Shown here: positions 9,825 through 19,683 of the stretch, one piece after another
Layout of the letters: each line of letters opens with the position of its first letter
How positions within the stretch are numbered: position 1 is the first letter of the stretch
Source: Bacilli bacterium
GTDB lineage: Bacteria > Bacillota_I > Bacilli_A > RFN20 > CAG-826
Direction of reading: 5' to 3'
NCBI GenBank assembly: GCA_049419605.1
Contig: JBMSKF010000001.1
Location: forward strand, 13,253-77,252
Length of the DNA stretch: 64,000 bases
Translations under genes and position numbers: made by a program
Notes under the pieces: generated by a model
The model's database searches: none
What the model was told of the DNA's origin: nothing
What the model saw: only the letters and a program-made list of their open reading frames with translations

Positions 9825-11108
9825 TTAATAACCTTTTTTACCAAGCAATCTGAACATGTTTCGTTTGTAGATTTCTACACCGGGTTGATTAAATGGATTG
9901 ATACCGAGAAGATAACCAGAATAGGCGACCGTTTTCATAAAGAAGTATAAAAGATGACCCATATGATGGGCATCCATTTGATCAATGGTAATGAGGATTA
10001 CCGGAACTTGGCCTTCCTCAACGTGGGCTTGCAAGGTACCTAAATAAGCTTTTTCATTCACAAAGGACAACGGACGACCAGCGAGGTAATTTAAGCCATC
10101 AGCATCATGGATGCTTAATGGGACGGTAACATCATATTTTGGTTTTTTGACGTATAAGACGGTTTCAAATAAGACCGGTGAACCATCTTGGATAAATTGA
10201 CCTACGCTATGTAAATCTGTACTAAAGGATACAGATCCCGGTAAAAGACCTTTATTTTCTTTACCTTCAGATTCAGCAAACAGTTGTTTGAGCCATTCTG
10301 CAATCATGGAAAATTGGGGTTCATAGGTGACAAACATTTCCACTGCTTTGTCTTGATAGAGTTGATGACGCGCAATCGCATATTGTAAGGCTGGATTCGT
10401 TTCAATGTAACTATTGCTATACTTCTGCATTGCTTCTAATGCGCCATCCATCAACGCTTGAATATCAATCCCTGCTGCAGCGATTGGAAGTAGGCCAACT
10501 GCAGTTAAGACCGAATAACGTCCACCAATATCATCGGGTAAATTAAACGTAACATAACCTTCTTGTTTTGCAAGAGAACGAAGTGCTCCTTTTTCTTTAT
10601 CTGTCGTTGCAAATATTGCTTTTCTCGCTGCCTCAATACCAACTTTCTTTTCTAGCAATTCTTTTAGTAAACGAAAAGCGATAGAGGTTTCCGTTGTGGT
10701 TCCGGATTTCGAAATGACATTAATTGCAAAGGTTTTATTCGCAAGGTATTGAAGAACTTGATGTGTGTAAGTTGGGGAAAAAGTTTGACCAAGGTAGATA
10801 ACTTCTAGTGGGTTTTCCTTGCCTGGCAACAAACCTTGTATCGCCTCAATCACAGCCCTTGCCCCTAAATAGGATCCTCCGATACCGCAAACAACAAGCA
10901 CCTGGAATTTTTCTCGGATGAATGTTGCAGTCTTTTGAATTAATGCAAACTCTTCTTTATCAAAATTTTTTGGCCATTGATCCCAACCTAAAAAATCACC
11001 ACCTGGTCCTTTTTTACTCGCGATTAAATCGGTGATACGATTGATTCGATCTTGATAATCCTTGAGAGGTTCTTTCAATTTGATATGGGATAAGTTTAGT
11101 GACAGCAT
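9825..11108 (-). CDS. pgi: Glucose-6-phosphate isomerase
   Basis: PGI family with SIS-domain motifs (GIGGSYLG, SKSGTTTE). Confidence 0.9.
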   Translation of the reverse strand: MLSLNLSHIKLKEPLKDYQDRINRITDLIASKKGPGGDFLGWDQWPKNFDKEEFALIQKTATFIREKFQVLVVCGIGGSYLGARAVIEAIQGLLPGKENPLEVIYLGQTFSPTYTHQVLQYLANKTFAINVISKSGTTTETSIAFRLLKELLEKKVGIEAARKAIFATTDKEKGALRSLAKQEGYVTFNLPDDIGGRYSVLTAVGLLPIAAAGIDIQALMDGALEAMQKYSNSYIETNPALQYAIARHQLYQDKAVEMFVTYEPQFSMIAEWLKQLFAESEGKENKGLLPGSVSFSTDLHSVGQFIQDGSPVLFETVLYVKKPKYDVTVPLSIHDADGLNYLAGRPLSFVNEKAYLGTLQAHVEEGQVPVILITIDQMDAHHMGHLLYFFMKTVAYSGYLLGINPFNQPGVEIYKRNMFRLLGKKGY

Positions 11109-11111
11109 AAG

Positions 11112-11486
11112 CTAGTCCTCCAATTTCTTTTTTTGATCTGCAATCCACTTAGGTAGCATATTTTTAAGAGGTTCAAAATCAATTTCATGGGGTGGAACTT
11201 TAAACCAAAATGGATGTGCTTTATCGGTTAATTCATCTTTTTTAATCAATCTTTTGATGGATAATTTTAAATGTTGATTAGAAGGATCAATCGCAAGAAC
11301 TTTTACTCTAACATACTCACCTACAATAAGAAAAGTTTCAATTCGCTTTACATAGTCATCAGAAATTTCAGAGATATGGATGAGGCCTTTTTGACCATTT
11401 GGAAAACCTACAAAAGCACCATAAGTTTGAATATCAATAACTTTTCCAACAATGATTTCATCAATTTGATAACTATTTTGATTCAT
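11112..11486 (-). CDS. S1 RNA-binding domain protein (GSP13/YugI-like)
   Basis: single S1 domain (GKVIDIQTYGAFVGF...GLIHISEI). Confidence 0.7.
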   Translation of the reverse strand: MNQNSYQIDEIIVGKVIDIQTYGAFVGFPNGQKGLIHISEISDDYVKRIETFLIVGEYVRVKVLAIDPSNQHLKLSIKRLIKKDELTDKAHPFWFKVPPHEIDFEPLKNMLPKWIADQKKKLED

Positions 11487-11487
11487 A

Positions 11488-12171
11488 TCAAATTAATTTT
11501 TCTAACAGTAATAAATCATCTTCAGACACTACTTTGAAGTTCAAGCGACTTCCTGTCAAAACATGAACCTTTTTTCCCATTAAAAATAATAAGCTTGCAT
11601 CATCAATTGCAGTCTTTATTTTCAATTTTCTAGCATATTCGTGTGCGTTTAAAATTGTTTCAAATTCAAAAGCTTGAGGTGTTTGTGATAAATAAATATC
11701 GTTTTTTCCAAGGTAATTGTTTAACGTTGCCTTGTCATCGACGATGAACAATGAATCATTAATTTGCCTTGCTAGAGTCATTGCTGGATAGTTCCTTAAT
11801 TTAACAACGAGCGAATCGATTAACGATGGGCTTATCATAGGTCTAGCAACATCGTGAATTAATACATAATCTGGTTTAATGTGAAATTTTGCATATTGCA
11901 AAGCTAAATAAGAAGACTCTTGTCGGCTTTTTCCACCAGAAATAACATGAATTACCTTTGATTTAGTGTAAGGTTTAACCTCATCTTGAACTAGGGAGAT
12001 AAACTTGTCATTCGTTACCAAAATAATTTGATCAATTTTTTTATGCTTAATGAAAGTTTCAAGTGAATATTGGTAAAGCTTTTTTTTGCCAATTTTGAGA
12101 AATTGTTTTGGTGTGACTCTTGATTTGAGTCTAAGGCTGTCTCCAGCGGCTAATAAAATTGCGGTTATCAT
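11488..12171 (-). CDS. IspD/TarI-family sugar-phosphate cytidylyltransferase
   Basis: ILLAAGDSLRLKS nucleotidyltransferase P-loop; the substrate (MEP versus ribitol/glycerol-phosphate) cannot be assigned from sequence. Confidence 0.7.
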   Translation of the reverse strand: MITAILLAAGDSLRLKSRVTPKQFLKIGKKKLYQYSLETFIKHKKIDQIILVTNDKFISLVQDEVKPYTKSKVIHVISGGKSRQESSYLALQYAKFHIKPDYVLIHDVARPMISPSLIDSLVVKLRNYPAMTLARQINDSLFIVDDKATLNNYLGKNDIYLSQTPQAFEFETILNAHEYARKLKIKTAIDDASLLFLMGKKVHVLTGSRLNFKVVSEDDLLLLEKLI

Positions 12172-12992
12172 TTATTCACTTCCTTTAAGGCTAATAGTTC
12201 AGTGATTGCCATTTGCTGGATGTTTAATTTAACAACTTTTTCTAATAATGAATTTGCAGAATAGTCCGCTTCGCAGACAAAATTAACTCTTTCATCTTGA
12301 ATGAGAAGTTTTGCCTTCTCAATGTGACCCTTTGAGTACACTGCTATAGATTTGCCACCGTGTTCTTTTGCCATGAGCATTGCTGGGACATCCGTTAAAC
12401 CATCACCGATATAAATTAAATTACGATATTTTATTCTTTTTTCTTTCGTTCTTTCATTGACTTTATCATCTTCAGATTGGTTTAATATGCCTTTTGCGAT
12501 TCGAAAGAAATATTGTGTTTTCATCGTGTAGTTAATTGCTATTTTTGGCCAAATCGCTTCTTTTGTATCCTTTGAAAATAGAAATTCACAACCAAATATT
12601 TTGGTAAATTCTTTAGCGATCTTGGTTCCTTCAATAATTTCTTTTGTTCCTGAGGTGATGATGTAATGTTCAACTTCGACACCTTGGTTTTCAGCAAAAA
12701 TTCTTAAGCGTTTAAACCAGGTTTCTAAACCAGGAAAAAACTTCACTGAATTTCCAAGTGAATATAAATAGTCTTTAGTTAGTTTTATGCCCCTTTTTTT
12801 ACTTTCTTCAATCATCATGTACATATAAGAAAGAATCTTTTCCATCCCGGTATTGATGGAATTTTGATTTGTCTTTTCCCAAAACTCCTCGGTTTTCATG
12901 CCTAGAGAAGGAATGAAACTGAAATTTTGTAAATCTTCAATTGCTAGTGTTCTGTCGAAATCATAAATAATGCCAATGATTGGTTTTTTCAT
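12168..12992 (-). CDS. HAD-superfamily hydrolase/phosphatase
   Basis: N-terminal DFDRTL (DxDxT) motif I and a downstream GDGLTD motif IV. Confidence 0.6.
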   Translation of the reverse strand: MKKPIIGIIYDFDRTLAIEDLQNFSFIPSLGMKTEEFWEKTNQNSINTGMEKILSYMYMMIEESKKRGIKLTKDYLYSLGNSVKFFPGLETWFKRLRIFAENQGVEVEHYIITSGTKEIIEGTKIAKEFTKIFGCEFLFSKDTKEAIWPKIAINYTMKTQYFFRIAKGILNQSEDDKVNERTKEKRIKYRNLIYIGDGLTDVPAMLMAKEHGGKSIAVYSKGHIEKAKLLIQDERVNFVCEADYSANSLLEKVVKLNIQQMAITELLALKEVNK

Positions 12993-13126
12993 ATTTTCAT
13001 TTTATCATATTTCTATTGATTTCAAGATAAAATATCGCTAATATGCCGATTTATTTGAATTTTATTCAATATAAATTGCTAGTGAAAAATGTTTAAGATT
13101 TTCAATTATGTTATAATTTTAACGTT

Positions 13127-13654
13127 ATGGAACCATTAGAAATCTTTGGTTTAGTGGCAGTTGTAGTAGTGGGAATCTATTTTGTTTTATCGGTCTTTTT
13201 TGCCTTTCAAATGAGAAGTTTTTATCTACAATTATCTAAAAGAAAAGATGCAATTGATGTCCTGACTGCTCAAAAATACGATTTGTTACGAATGATCGGA
13301 AAATTGTTTGTTAGACATCAAATCGATGTACCCCAAGAATTTATACTCTCCAAAAGACCACGGTTTGAAGATACTTTACAAAATATTAAGGATACCGAAA
13401 GAACCATTGTAAAAAGTTTTTTGGTGCAAACTGCTCAAGCACTGTTTTACTACGGTGAACAAAATCAGCCTTTATCCGTAAATCCAGAATATGTGTCACT
13501 CAAGAAATCTTTAGCTGAAATTGATGAGTTGTTTCGCAAACAAGTTGCCATCTATAATGCATTAGCAACGAATTATAATTGGTGGCAAAAATTTTTATTA
13601 TATCGCTGGGTCACGATTTTATTCAGGCATCAAATCAAAGAGTTAATTTCATAA
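13127..13654 (+). CDS. LemA-family membrane protein
   Basis: one N-terminal transmembrane helix followed by a LemA-like helical region; ATG lies 10 nt after an extended -10 (TGtTATAAT) box, so the mRNA is probably leaderless. Confidence 0.55.
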   Translation: MEPLEIFGLVAVVVVGIYFVLSVFFAFQMRSFYLQLSKRKDAIDVLTAQKYDLLRMIGKLFVRHQIDVPQEFILSKRPRFEDTLQNIKDTERTIVKSFLVQTAQALFYYGEQNQPLSVNPEYVSLKKSLAEIDELFRKQVAIYNALATNYNWWQKFLLYRWVTILFRHQIKELIS

Positions 13655-13671
13655 TATAAGGAGTAAATCAT

Positions 13672-15267
13672 ATGAAAAAACCTGTAATTCTTGTCATCAT
13701 GGATGGCTACGGTATTCGTAAGGAAACGTATGGTAACGCAATTGCCAAGGCAAAAAAACCCAACCTAGATAGATACTTTGCCAAATACCCGTATACTCAA
13801 ATCGAAGCTTCTGGTTTAAAAGTCGGTTTACCTGAAGGTCAAATGGGTAACTCTGAAGTCGGCCATCTTAATATAGGTGCCGGAAGAGTTGTTTATCAAT
13901 CGTTAACTTTAATTGATCAAGCGATAAAAGATGGAACCTTCTTCCAAAACCCTAAATATATTTCGGCAATGCAACTTGCAAAGTCTAAAGGAAAGAAATT
14001 ACACATCATTGGATTAGTTTCAGATGGAGGCGTTCATTCTCATATAAACCACCTCAAAGCCATTATTCAATTAGCAGCACAACAACAAGTAGAAAAACTA
14101 TATTTTCACGCTCTTATGGATGGCAGAGATGTTGCGCCTCAACTTGGAGAAACTTACATTAGTGCCTTACTCCAAACGATGAAGGAATTTAAAGCAGGTC
14201 AACTTGCTACTATTGGTGGTCGATATTTTGCTATGGATCGAGATAAAAATTTAAACCGTGTTGCAAAGGCATATGAAGTGATGGTGGAACAACGCGGACT
14301 AAGTTTTAAGGATTATCGTCAATACTTTAAAGACCAATATGCCAATTTAATCCAAGAAGGTAAAGATGCAAGTGATGAGTTTTTGACCCCTGCTTATGCT
14401 GAGGGAGTCAAAGGCAACATTGAAGATGGTGATTCCGTGATTTTTATGAACTTTAGACCAGATCGTGCCATTCAATTCTGCACCTTATTAACCAATCCTC
14501 TCTTTTATGCAAATCCTCCAATCAAAGAAGGAAAACCATCATGGATTGCTTATCAACCTAATAAACCCCTTCAAGATATTCATTTAGTTCAAACGATGAA
14601 ATATGCGGATTCCGTGAAAGGGGACATTGCCTTTAAATTACCTAGTTTAGATAACACCCTTGGTCCTTGGTTAGCATCCCATGGTAAAACCCAATTAAGA
14701 ATTGCAGAAACTGAAAAATATCCTCATGTAACCTTTTTCTTTGATGGCACTATCAATTATGATGGCGTAGAAAAACCCGAATTAGAAGGTTCAAGAAGAG
14801 TTTTGATTAACTCTCCAAAAGTAGCAACCTATGACCTTCAACCGGAAATGAGTGCCTATCAAGTTCGAGATGCATTAATCCGTGAATTAAATAAGGGTGA
14901 CCTTGATGTGGTCATCGTGAATTATGCAAATTGTGACATGGTTGGTCACACTGCGGTTGAAAAAGCGGTTGTTAAATCAGTCGAAGTTGTCGATGAATGC
15001 GTCGGTTCGATTATCGATTGGTGTGATCAACATGGTGGTAAGTTGATTGTCACTGCTGACCATGGTAATGCTGACCAAATTCTAACAGATGATGGTAAGC
15101 CCCATACTGCTCACACAACCAATCTTGTTCCTGTTTGCATCAATATTCCAAATCTACACCTTTTGCCCACAGGTGGTAAGCTAGGAAACCTTGCGCCAAC
15201 GATCCTTGATTTACTCGGATTAGAAAAACCTATTGAAATGACCGAAAAAAGTCTTATTATTAAGTAA
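13672..15267 (+). CDS. gpmI: 2,3-bisphosphoglycerate-independent phosphoglycerate mutase
   Basis: full-length iPGM with the DGRD and TADHGN metal-site motifs. Confidence 0.9.
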   Translation: MKKPVILVIMDGYGIRKETYGNAIAKAKKPNLDRYFAKYPYTQIEASGLKVGLPEGQMGNSEVGHLNIGAGRVVYQSLTLIDQAIKDGTFFQNPKYISAMQLAKSKGKKLHIIGLVSDGGVHSHINHLKAIIQLAAQQQVEKLYFHALMDGRDVAPQLGETYISALLQTMKEFKAGQLATIGGRYFAMDRDKNLNRVAKAYEVMVEQRGLSFKDYRQYFKDQYANLIQEGKDASDEFLTPAYAEGVKGNIEDGDSVIFMNFRPDRAIQFCTLLTNPLFYANPPIKEGKPSWIAYQPNKPLQDIHLVQTMKYADSVKGDIAFKLPSLDNTLGPWLASHGKTQLRIAETEKYPHVTFFFDGTINYDGVEKPELEGSRRVLINSPKVATYDLQPEMSAYQVRDALIRELNKGDLDVVIVNYANCDMVGHTAVEKAVVKSVEVVDECVGSIIDWCDQHGGKLIVTADHGNADQILTDDGKPHTAHTTNLVPVCINIPNLHLLPTGGKLGNLAPTILDLLGLEKPIEMTEKSLIIK

Positions 15268-15291
15268 ACACGTTTTCATGGAGGCAACACA

Positions 15292-17001
15292 ATGAAAAAA
15301 GTTCTAAAATTTACTGAATATCCTTTACGTTTACCTAAATTTCCTAAAATTGAAAAAAAATTCAATACTTTAATCGCTGAATTTGAAGGGGCACCTGATG
15401 CCAATGTTCAAAGACGAATTATGAACAAAATTGGTAAGTTTTTTGACGAAGTTCAAACAGACTTCACGATTATTACCACCCGTCACTCAATCGATACTAG
15501 AGATGAAACCTACAAGAAAGCCAATGATTTAGTGAATGAAGTGGGGCCGATGGTTCAAGGTTTAGGCAATCGCTATTCTAAAGCTGTATTGGCCAGTAAG
15601 CACCGTGTAGAATTAGAAAAATTAGTGGGACCATTTTTATTTAAGAAACTTGACCTTGCTGCCAAAACCTTCGATCCAAAAATCCTCCAGGATTTACAAG
15701 AAGAAAACAAATTAACGACCGAATACGATGCCCTGATGGCGAGTGCCCAAATTCCATTTGATGGCGGAACTTATAATTTATCCCAAATGGGTAAATTTGC
15801 TGTCAGTAAAGACCGAGATGTTCGAAAAAGAGCCAGTAAAGCTGTTGAAAACTGGATGGCTGAAAAAGAACAACCACTTGCCGATATCTATAGTAAATTG
15901 GTGACGTTAAGACACGGCATGGCAAAGAAACTTGGATATCCTTCCTTTACCCAGATGGCATATGATCGTATGGGTAGAACCGATTACGGCCCCAAAGAAG
16001 TTAAATCTTATCGCGATCAAATTTTAGAATTCGTCGTTCCACTATCAAATAAATTAACGCGTCAACAAATTAAACGAATTGATGTTTCTGCTCCAAAATT
16101 TTATGACCTTGCCATCCAATTTAAAGATGGAAATGCTACACCAAAAGGTGATAAAACCTATTTGGTCAATGCAGCCCTAAACATGTACAAAAAAATGGGT
16201 ACAGAAATTGGTGAATTTTTCCAATCCATGGTCAATCAAGAATTATTAGATTTAGAAGCTAAACCAGGCAAGCGTGGCGGTGGATATATGACATTCTTCC
16301 CACGTTATCAAATGCCATTTGTCTTCTCTAATTTTAATGGTACAGCTGGAGACGTTGATGTCCTTACTCATGAAATTGGCCATGCTTTTCAAGGATATAT
16401 GTCTCGAAAAATTAAACCAGTAGAATATCGTGATCCTACGATGGAAGAAGCCGAAATTCATTCGATGTCCATGGAGTTCTTTGCCACACCTTATATGGAA
16501 ACCTTCTTTAAAGAAGATAAGGACAAATATCTATTTGGTCATTTAGAAGGGGCAATTAATTTCTTACCATATGGTGTCACCGTTGATGAATTCCAGCACT
16601 GGGTTTATGACAATCCCAATGCCACCCATGATCAACGATGTGCAAAATGGCGTGAAATTGAAATCAAATACACTCCTTATAAAAAGTATACTGGTTTCCC
16701 ATTATATGAAAAAGGGACTCGTTGGATGCGTCAATCCCACATTTATGGCGCACCTTTCTACTATATTGACTATACCCTCGCCCAAGTTATTGCCTTGCAA
16801 TTTTTAGGTTTAATGAAGAAAAATCATGAAAAAGCTTGGAAGAAATATGTAAAAGTTTGTTCCTTAGGTGGCAAATATCCATTCACACAATTATTGGAAA
16901 AAGCAAAACTTAAAAATCCATTTATGGATGGGACTATTAAGAAAACATTCAGACCCGTCAAAAAACTATTAAAAGTCTACGGCGAACCATTCAAAGCTTA
17001 A
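15292..17001 (+). CDS. pepF: Oligoendopeptidase F (M3B)
   Basis: HEIGH zinc motif (LTHEIGHAFQGY). Confidence 0.85.
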   Translation: MKKVLKFTEYPLRLPKFPKIEKKFNTLIAEFEGAPDANVQRRIMNKIGKFFDEVQTDFTIITTRHSIDTRDETYKKANDLVNEVGPMVQGLGNRYSKAVLASKHRVELEKLVGPFLFKKLDLAAKTFDPKILQDLQEENKLTTEYDALMASAQIPFDGGTYNLSQMGKFAVSKDRDVRKRASKAVENWMAEKEQPLADIYSKLVTLRHGMAKKLGYPSFTQMAYDRMGRTDYGPKEVKSYRDQILEFVVPLSNKLTRQQIKRIDVSAPKFYDLAIQFKDGNATPKGDKTYLVNAALNMYKKMGTEIGEFFQSMVNQELLDLEAKPGKRGGGYMTFFPRYQMPFVFSNFNGTAGDVDVLTHEIGHAFQGYMSRKIKPVEYRDPTMEEAEIHSMSMEFFATPYMETFFKEDKDKYLFGHLEGAINFLPYGVTVDEFQHWVYDNPNATHDQRCAKWREIEIKYTPYKKYTGFPLYEKGTRWMRQSHIYGAPFYYIDYTLAQVIALQFLGLMKKNHEKAWKKYVKVCSLGGKYPFTQLLEKAKLKNPFMDGTIKKTFRPVKKLLKVYGEPFKA

Positions 17002-17007
17002 CGATTC

Positions 17008-17046
17008 AAAAAGCTTAAGGCAAAACCCCTTAAGCTTTTTATTTTC
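17008..17046 (+). terminator. Rho-independent terminator after pepF
   Basis: aagcttaagg-caaaacc-ccttaagctt followed by a T-run. Confidence 0.75.
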
Positions 17047-17172
17047 CAATAAAACTTAAACTAATTTGTCAAGAAATATTTTCATTTTTTTCCTGGGAAA
17101 ATAGTCTTTACAATTGCAATCCTATGGTATGATAAATCCATAACTTATTGATCTATATTTGGAGGCTCAAAC

Positions 17173-18747
17173 ATGGAAGTTAGATTGGAAAACTTAACCA
17201 AGATTTTTGAAAGCAAAAATTCTGCAAGAACCATTGCCGTTAATCAATTCAATTTTACAATTCCTGATGGAAAACTTGTTGGACTGTTGGGACCTTCTGG
17301 TTGTGGTAAATCTACAACTTTATATATGATTTCAGGATTACTTTATCCTACCCACGGAAGAATCTTCTTTGGTGATGAAGACGTCACCGAACTTTCTCCT
17401 GAGCAACGCGGTATTGGATTGGTGTTCCAAAATTATGCTCTCTATCCTCACATGACGGTTAAAAAGAATATTTTGTTTCCTTTAGAAAACATGAATCTAA
17501 AAAAGAAAACTATTGAAGAAGCGATTCAAGAAGCAAATTTAACCATTCTTCCGAAGGAATCGAAGCTTTACTATAAGTTCATCAAAGAAAGCGCAAGTTT
17601 AAAAAATAAATATAAACGATTGGAGAGTGAAGCGAAGGCAGTTTATCAATCGAAGTTGATTGATTTATCGAATGTAAAAAACAAAAAAGAAAATACAAAG
17701 ACTTCAAAAACTAAATTGCAGCAAACTTTTAAAGAACAACTTAAACAATTTAAAGTTGAATTTGAAGCTGAAATGCAAAAAATAAGACCAGAAAATCTCC
17801 AAGTTATCATTGATAGTATGAATCAAGCTTATGCAGCTATTGAAAAGCCATATTTAATACAAAAGCGAAAACTCATGATCCAAGTCTTACTAAATCCTTT
17901 CAATTGGCTCCGATTAAATCATCAATTATGGAATAAACTTCAAACAATCGTTCCGGAAGCGATTAAAAAAGTGGAAGAAGCACGTTACAAAGATTATCAA
18001 AAATTAATGAACGATGAAGCAACTGCCATGGCTAAGTTGGTAGGTATAGAAGACCAATTAAACAAAAAACCCGCCCAATTATCTGGGGGTCAACAACAAC
18101 GTGTTGCGATTGCTAGAGCTTTAGTCAAGAAACCTAAAGTGCTCTTATTAGATGAGCCTTTATCAAACTTAGATGCCCGTCTCCGTTTACAAACGCGAGA
18201 AGAAATTAAGCGAATTCAGAAGGAAATTGGAATCACGACCGTATTCGTCACCCATGACCAAGAAGAAGCAATGTCAATATCTGATGAGATTGTTTTGATG
18301 AATTTCGGTGCGGAACAACAAAAAGGTAACCCACAAGACGTCTATAATCAACCTGCAAATTTATTCGTGGCGAAATTCTTAGGAACACCTCAACTCAATC
18401 TTTATCAAGGAACAATTAAGAGCGGCAAAGTCATGATTCAAGATCAAGTTGTCTTTGAATCACCTTCATTAAAAACGAAGTCAATGGATGAAGTGCTAAT
18501 TGGAGTTCGCCCTGAAGGTTATGAAATGGATGAAAAAGGGACGCTTACGCTTCAACCTCAATTTATTGAAATGATCGGACGAGATGTCTCCCTCGTTGCA
18601 AGCCATCCTCAAGCCCAAACACCGAGTATTCGCATCATATTGAATAGTGAAGATTTTGCGGTCAAACCCAATCAATCCATTAAAGTAAAATTAAAACCTC
18701 ATAAAACCTTTATTTTTGAGAAAAATACCGGTCGGAGATTAGCATAA
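17173..18747 (+). CDS. Sugar ABC transporter ATP-binding protein (MalK/UgpC/MsmK family) with a large internal insertion
   Basis: Walker A GPSGCGKST, Q-loop, LSGGQQQRV signature, Walker B LLLDEP, H-loop and a C-terminal TOBE-like domain; a ~160-aa K/E/Q-rich insertion lies between the Q-loop and the signature. Confidence 0.85.
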   Translation: MEVRLENLTKIFESKNSARTIAVNQFNFTIPDGKLVGLLGPSGCGKSTTLYMISGLLYPTHGRIFFGDEDVTELSPEQRGIGLVFQNYALYPHMTVKKNILFPLENMNLKKKTIEEAIQEANLTILPKESKLYYKFIKESASLKNKYKRLESEAKAVYQSKLIDLSNVKNKKENTKTSKTKLQQTFKEQLKQFKVEFEAEMQKIRPENLQVIIDSMNQAYAAIEKPYLIQKRKLMIQVLLNPFNWLRLNHQLWNKLQTIVPEAIKKVEEARYKDYQKLMNDEATAMAKLVGIEDQLNKKPAQLSGGQQQRVAIARALVKKPKVLLLDEPLSNLDARLRLQTREEIKRIQKEIGITTVFVTHDQEEAMSISDEIVLMNFGAEQQKGNPQDVYNQPANLFVAKFLGTPQLNLYQGTIKSGKVMIQDQVVFESPSLKTKSMDEVLIGVRPEGYEMDEKGTLTLQPQFIEMIGRDVSLVASHPQAQTPSIRIILNSEDFAVKPNQSIKVKLKPHKTFIFEKNTGRRLA

Positions 18748-19673
18748 TGTTAGATCACAAGCGCGATTGGAAGGCTTGGTTATATCTGATCTTACCCTTA
18801 ATTCTTTTGACTATTTTTACATTTTATCCTTTAATTAAAACGTTCTTAATTTCTTTATTTTCAGAATACAATGCCTTGACCGATGACTTTGGTCGATACT
18901 TTGACTTTTATGCTTATACAGCAATTTTTAATGATCGTTTTTTCACAAATGCTTTAACGAATACATTGGTCATTGTTTTTGTTTCTGTCCCTGCTTCAAC
19001 TGTATTGGCACTACTAATCGCAGTAAGCTTAAATTCCATCAAACCATTACAAAAAATATTTCAAACCATCTTTTTCATTCCTTATGTTACCAATGCGCTA
19101 GCGATTGGAATGGTGTTTAATGTTATGTTTTCTCATCCGCTTGTCGGAGGAGTTGCTGCTGAAGGTTTAATTAACACTTTATTCCAAACCGCGATTGACT
19201 GGGTTGGTCCTACTGCCACAGTTGAACGTTGGCGTACAGTCGTATTAATCTATACTATTTGGAGTGCTTTGCCCTTTAAAATTTTAGTCTTTATAGGTGG
19301 TCTACAAAATATTTCTAAGCAGTATTATGATGCGGCAAAAATTGACGCTGCTCCCAAATGGAAAGTGATGACCCGCATCACAATTCCACTCCTTTCACCC
19401 ATCATAAGTTATATTTTAATTACCTCATTTATTGGATCGTTTAAAGCTTATGAGTCTGTATTATCGGTGGTAGGGACCGTTGGAAGAAGTTTAGATCGCA
19501 ATCGCTGGACTGCAGTTGCTTATGTTTATGACAAAATTGGTATTTCTGGTTTAGATATTAATAATATCTCTTATTATTCTCGAGGTGCCGCTGCCGCTGT
19601 TGTTTTATTTTTCATCATTATGATTTTCACTTTTTTAAACCTATATATTTCTAAAAAGACGGTTCATTATTAA
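18747..19673 (+). CDS. Sugar ABC transporter permease (MalF/UgpA-like)
   Basis: six transmembrane segments and the EAA loop of binding-protein-dependent permeases. Confidence 0.8.
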   Translation: MLDHKRDWKAWLYLILPLILLTIFTFYPLIKTFLISLFSEYNALTDDFGRYFDFYAYTAIFNDRFFTNALTNTLVIVFVSVPASTVLALLIAVSLNSIKPLQKIFQTIFFIPYVTNALAIGMVFNVMFSHPLVGGVAAEGLINTLFQTAIDWVGPTATVERWRTVVLIYTIWSALPFKILVFIGGLQNISKQYYDAAKIDAAPKWKVMTRITIPLLSPIISYILITSFIGSFKAYESVLSVVGTVGRSLDRNRWTAVAYVYDKIGISGLDINNISYYSRGAAAAVVLFFIIMIFTFLNLYISKKTVHY

Positions 19674-19683
19674 GGAGTATGGT

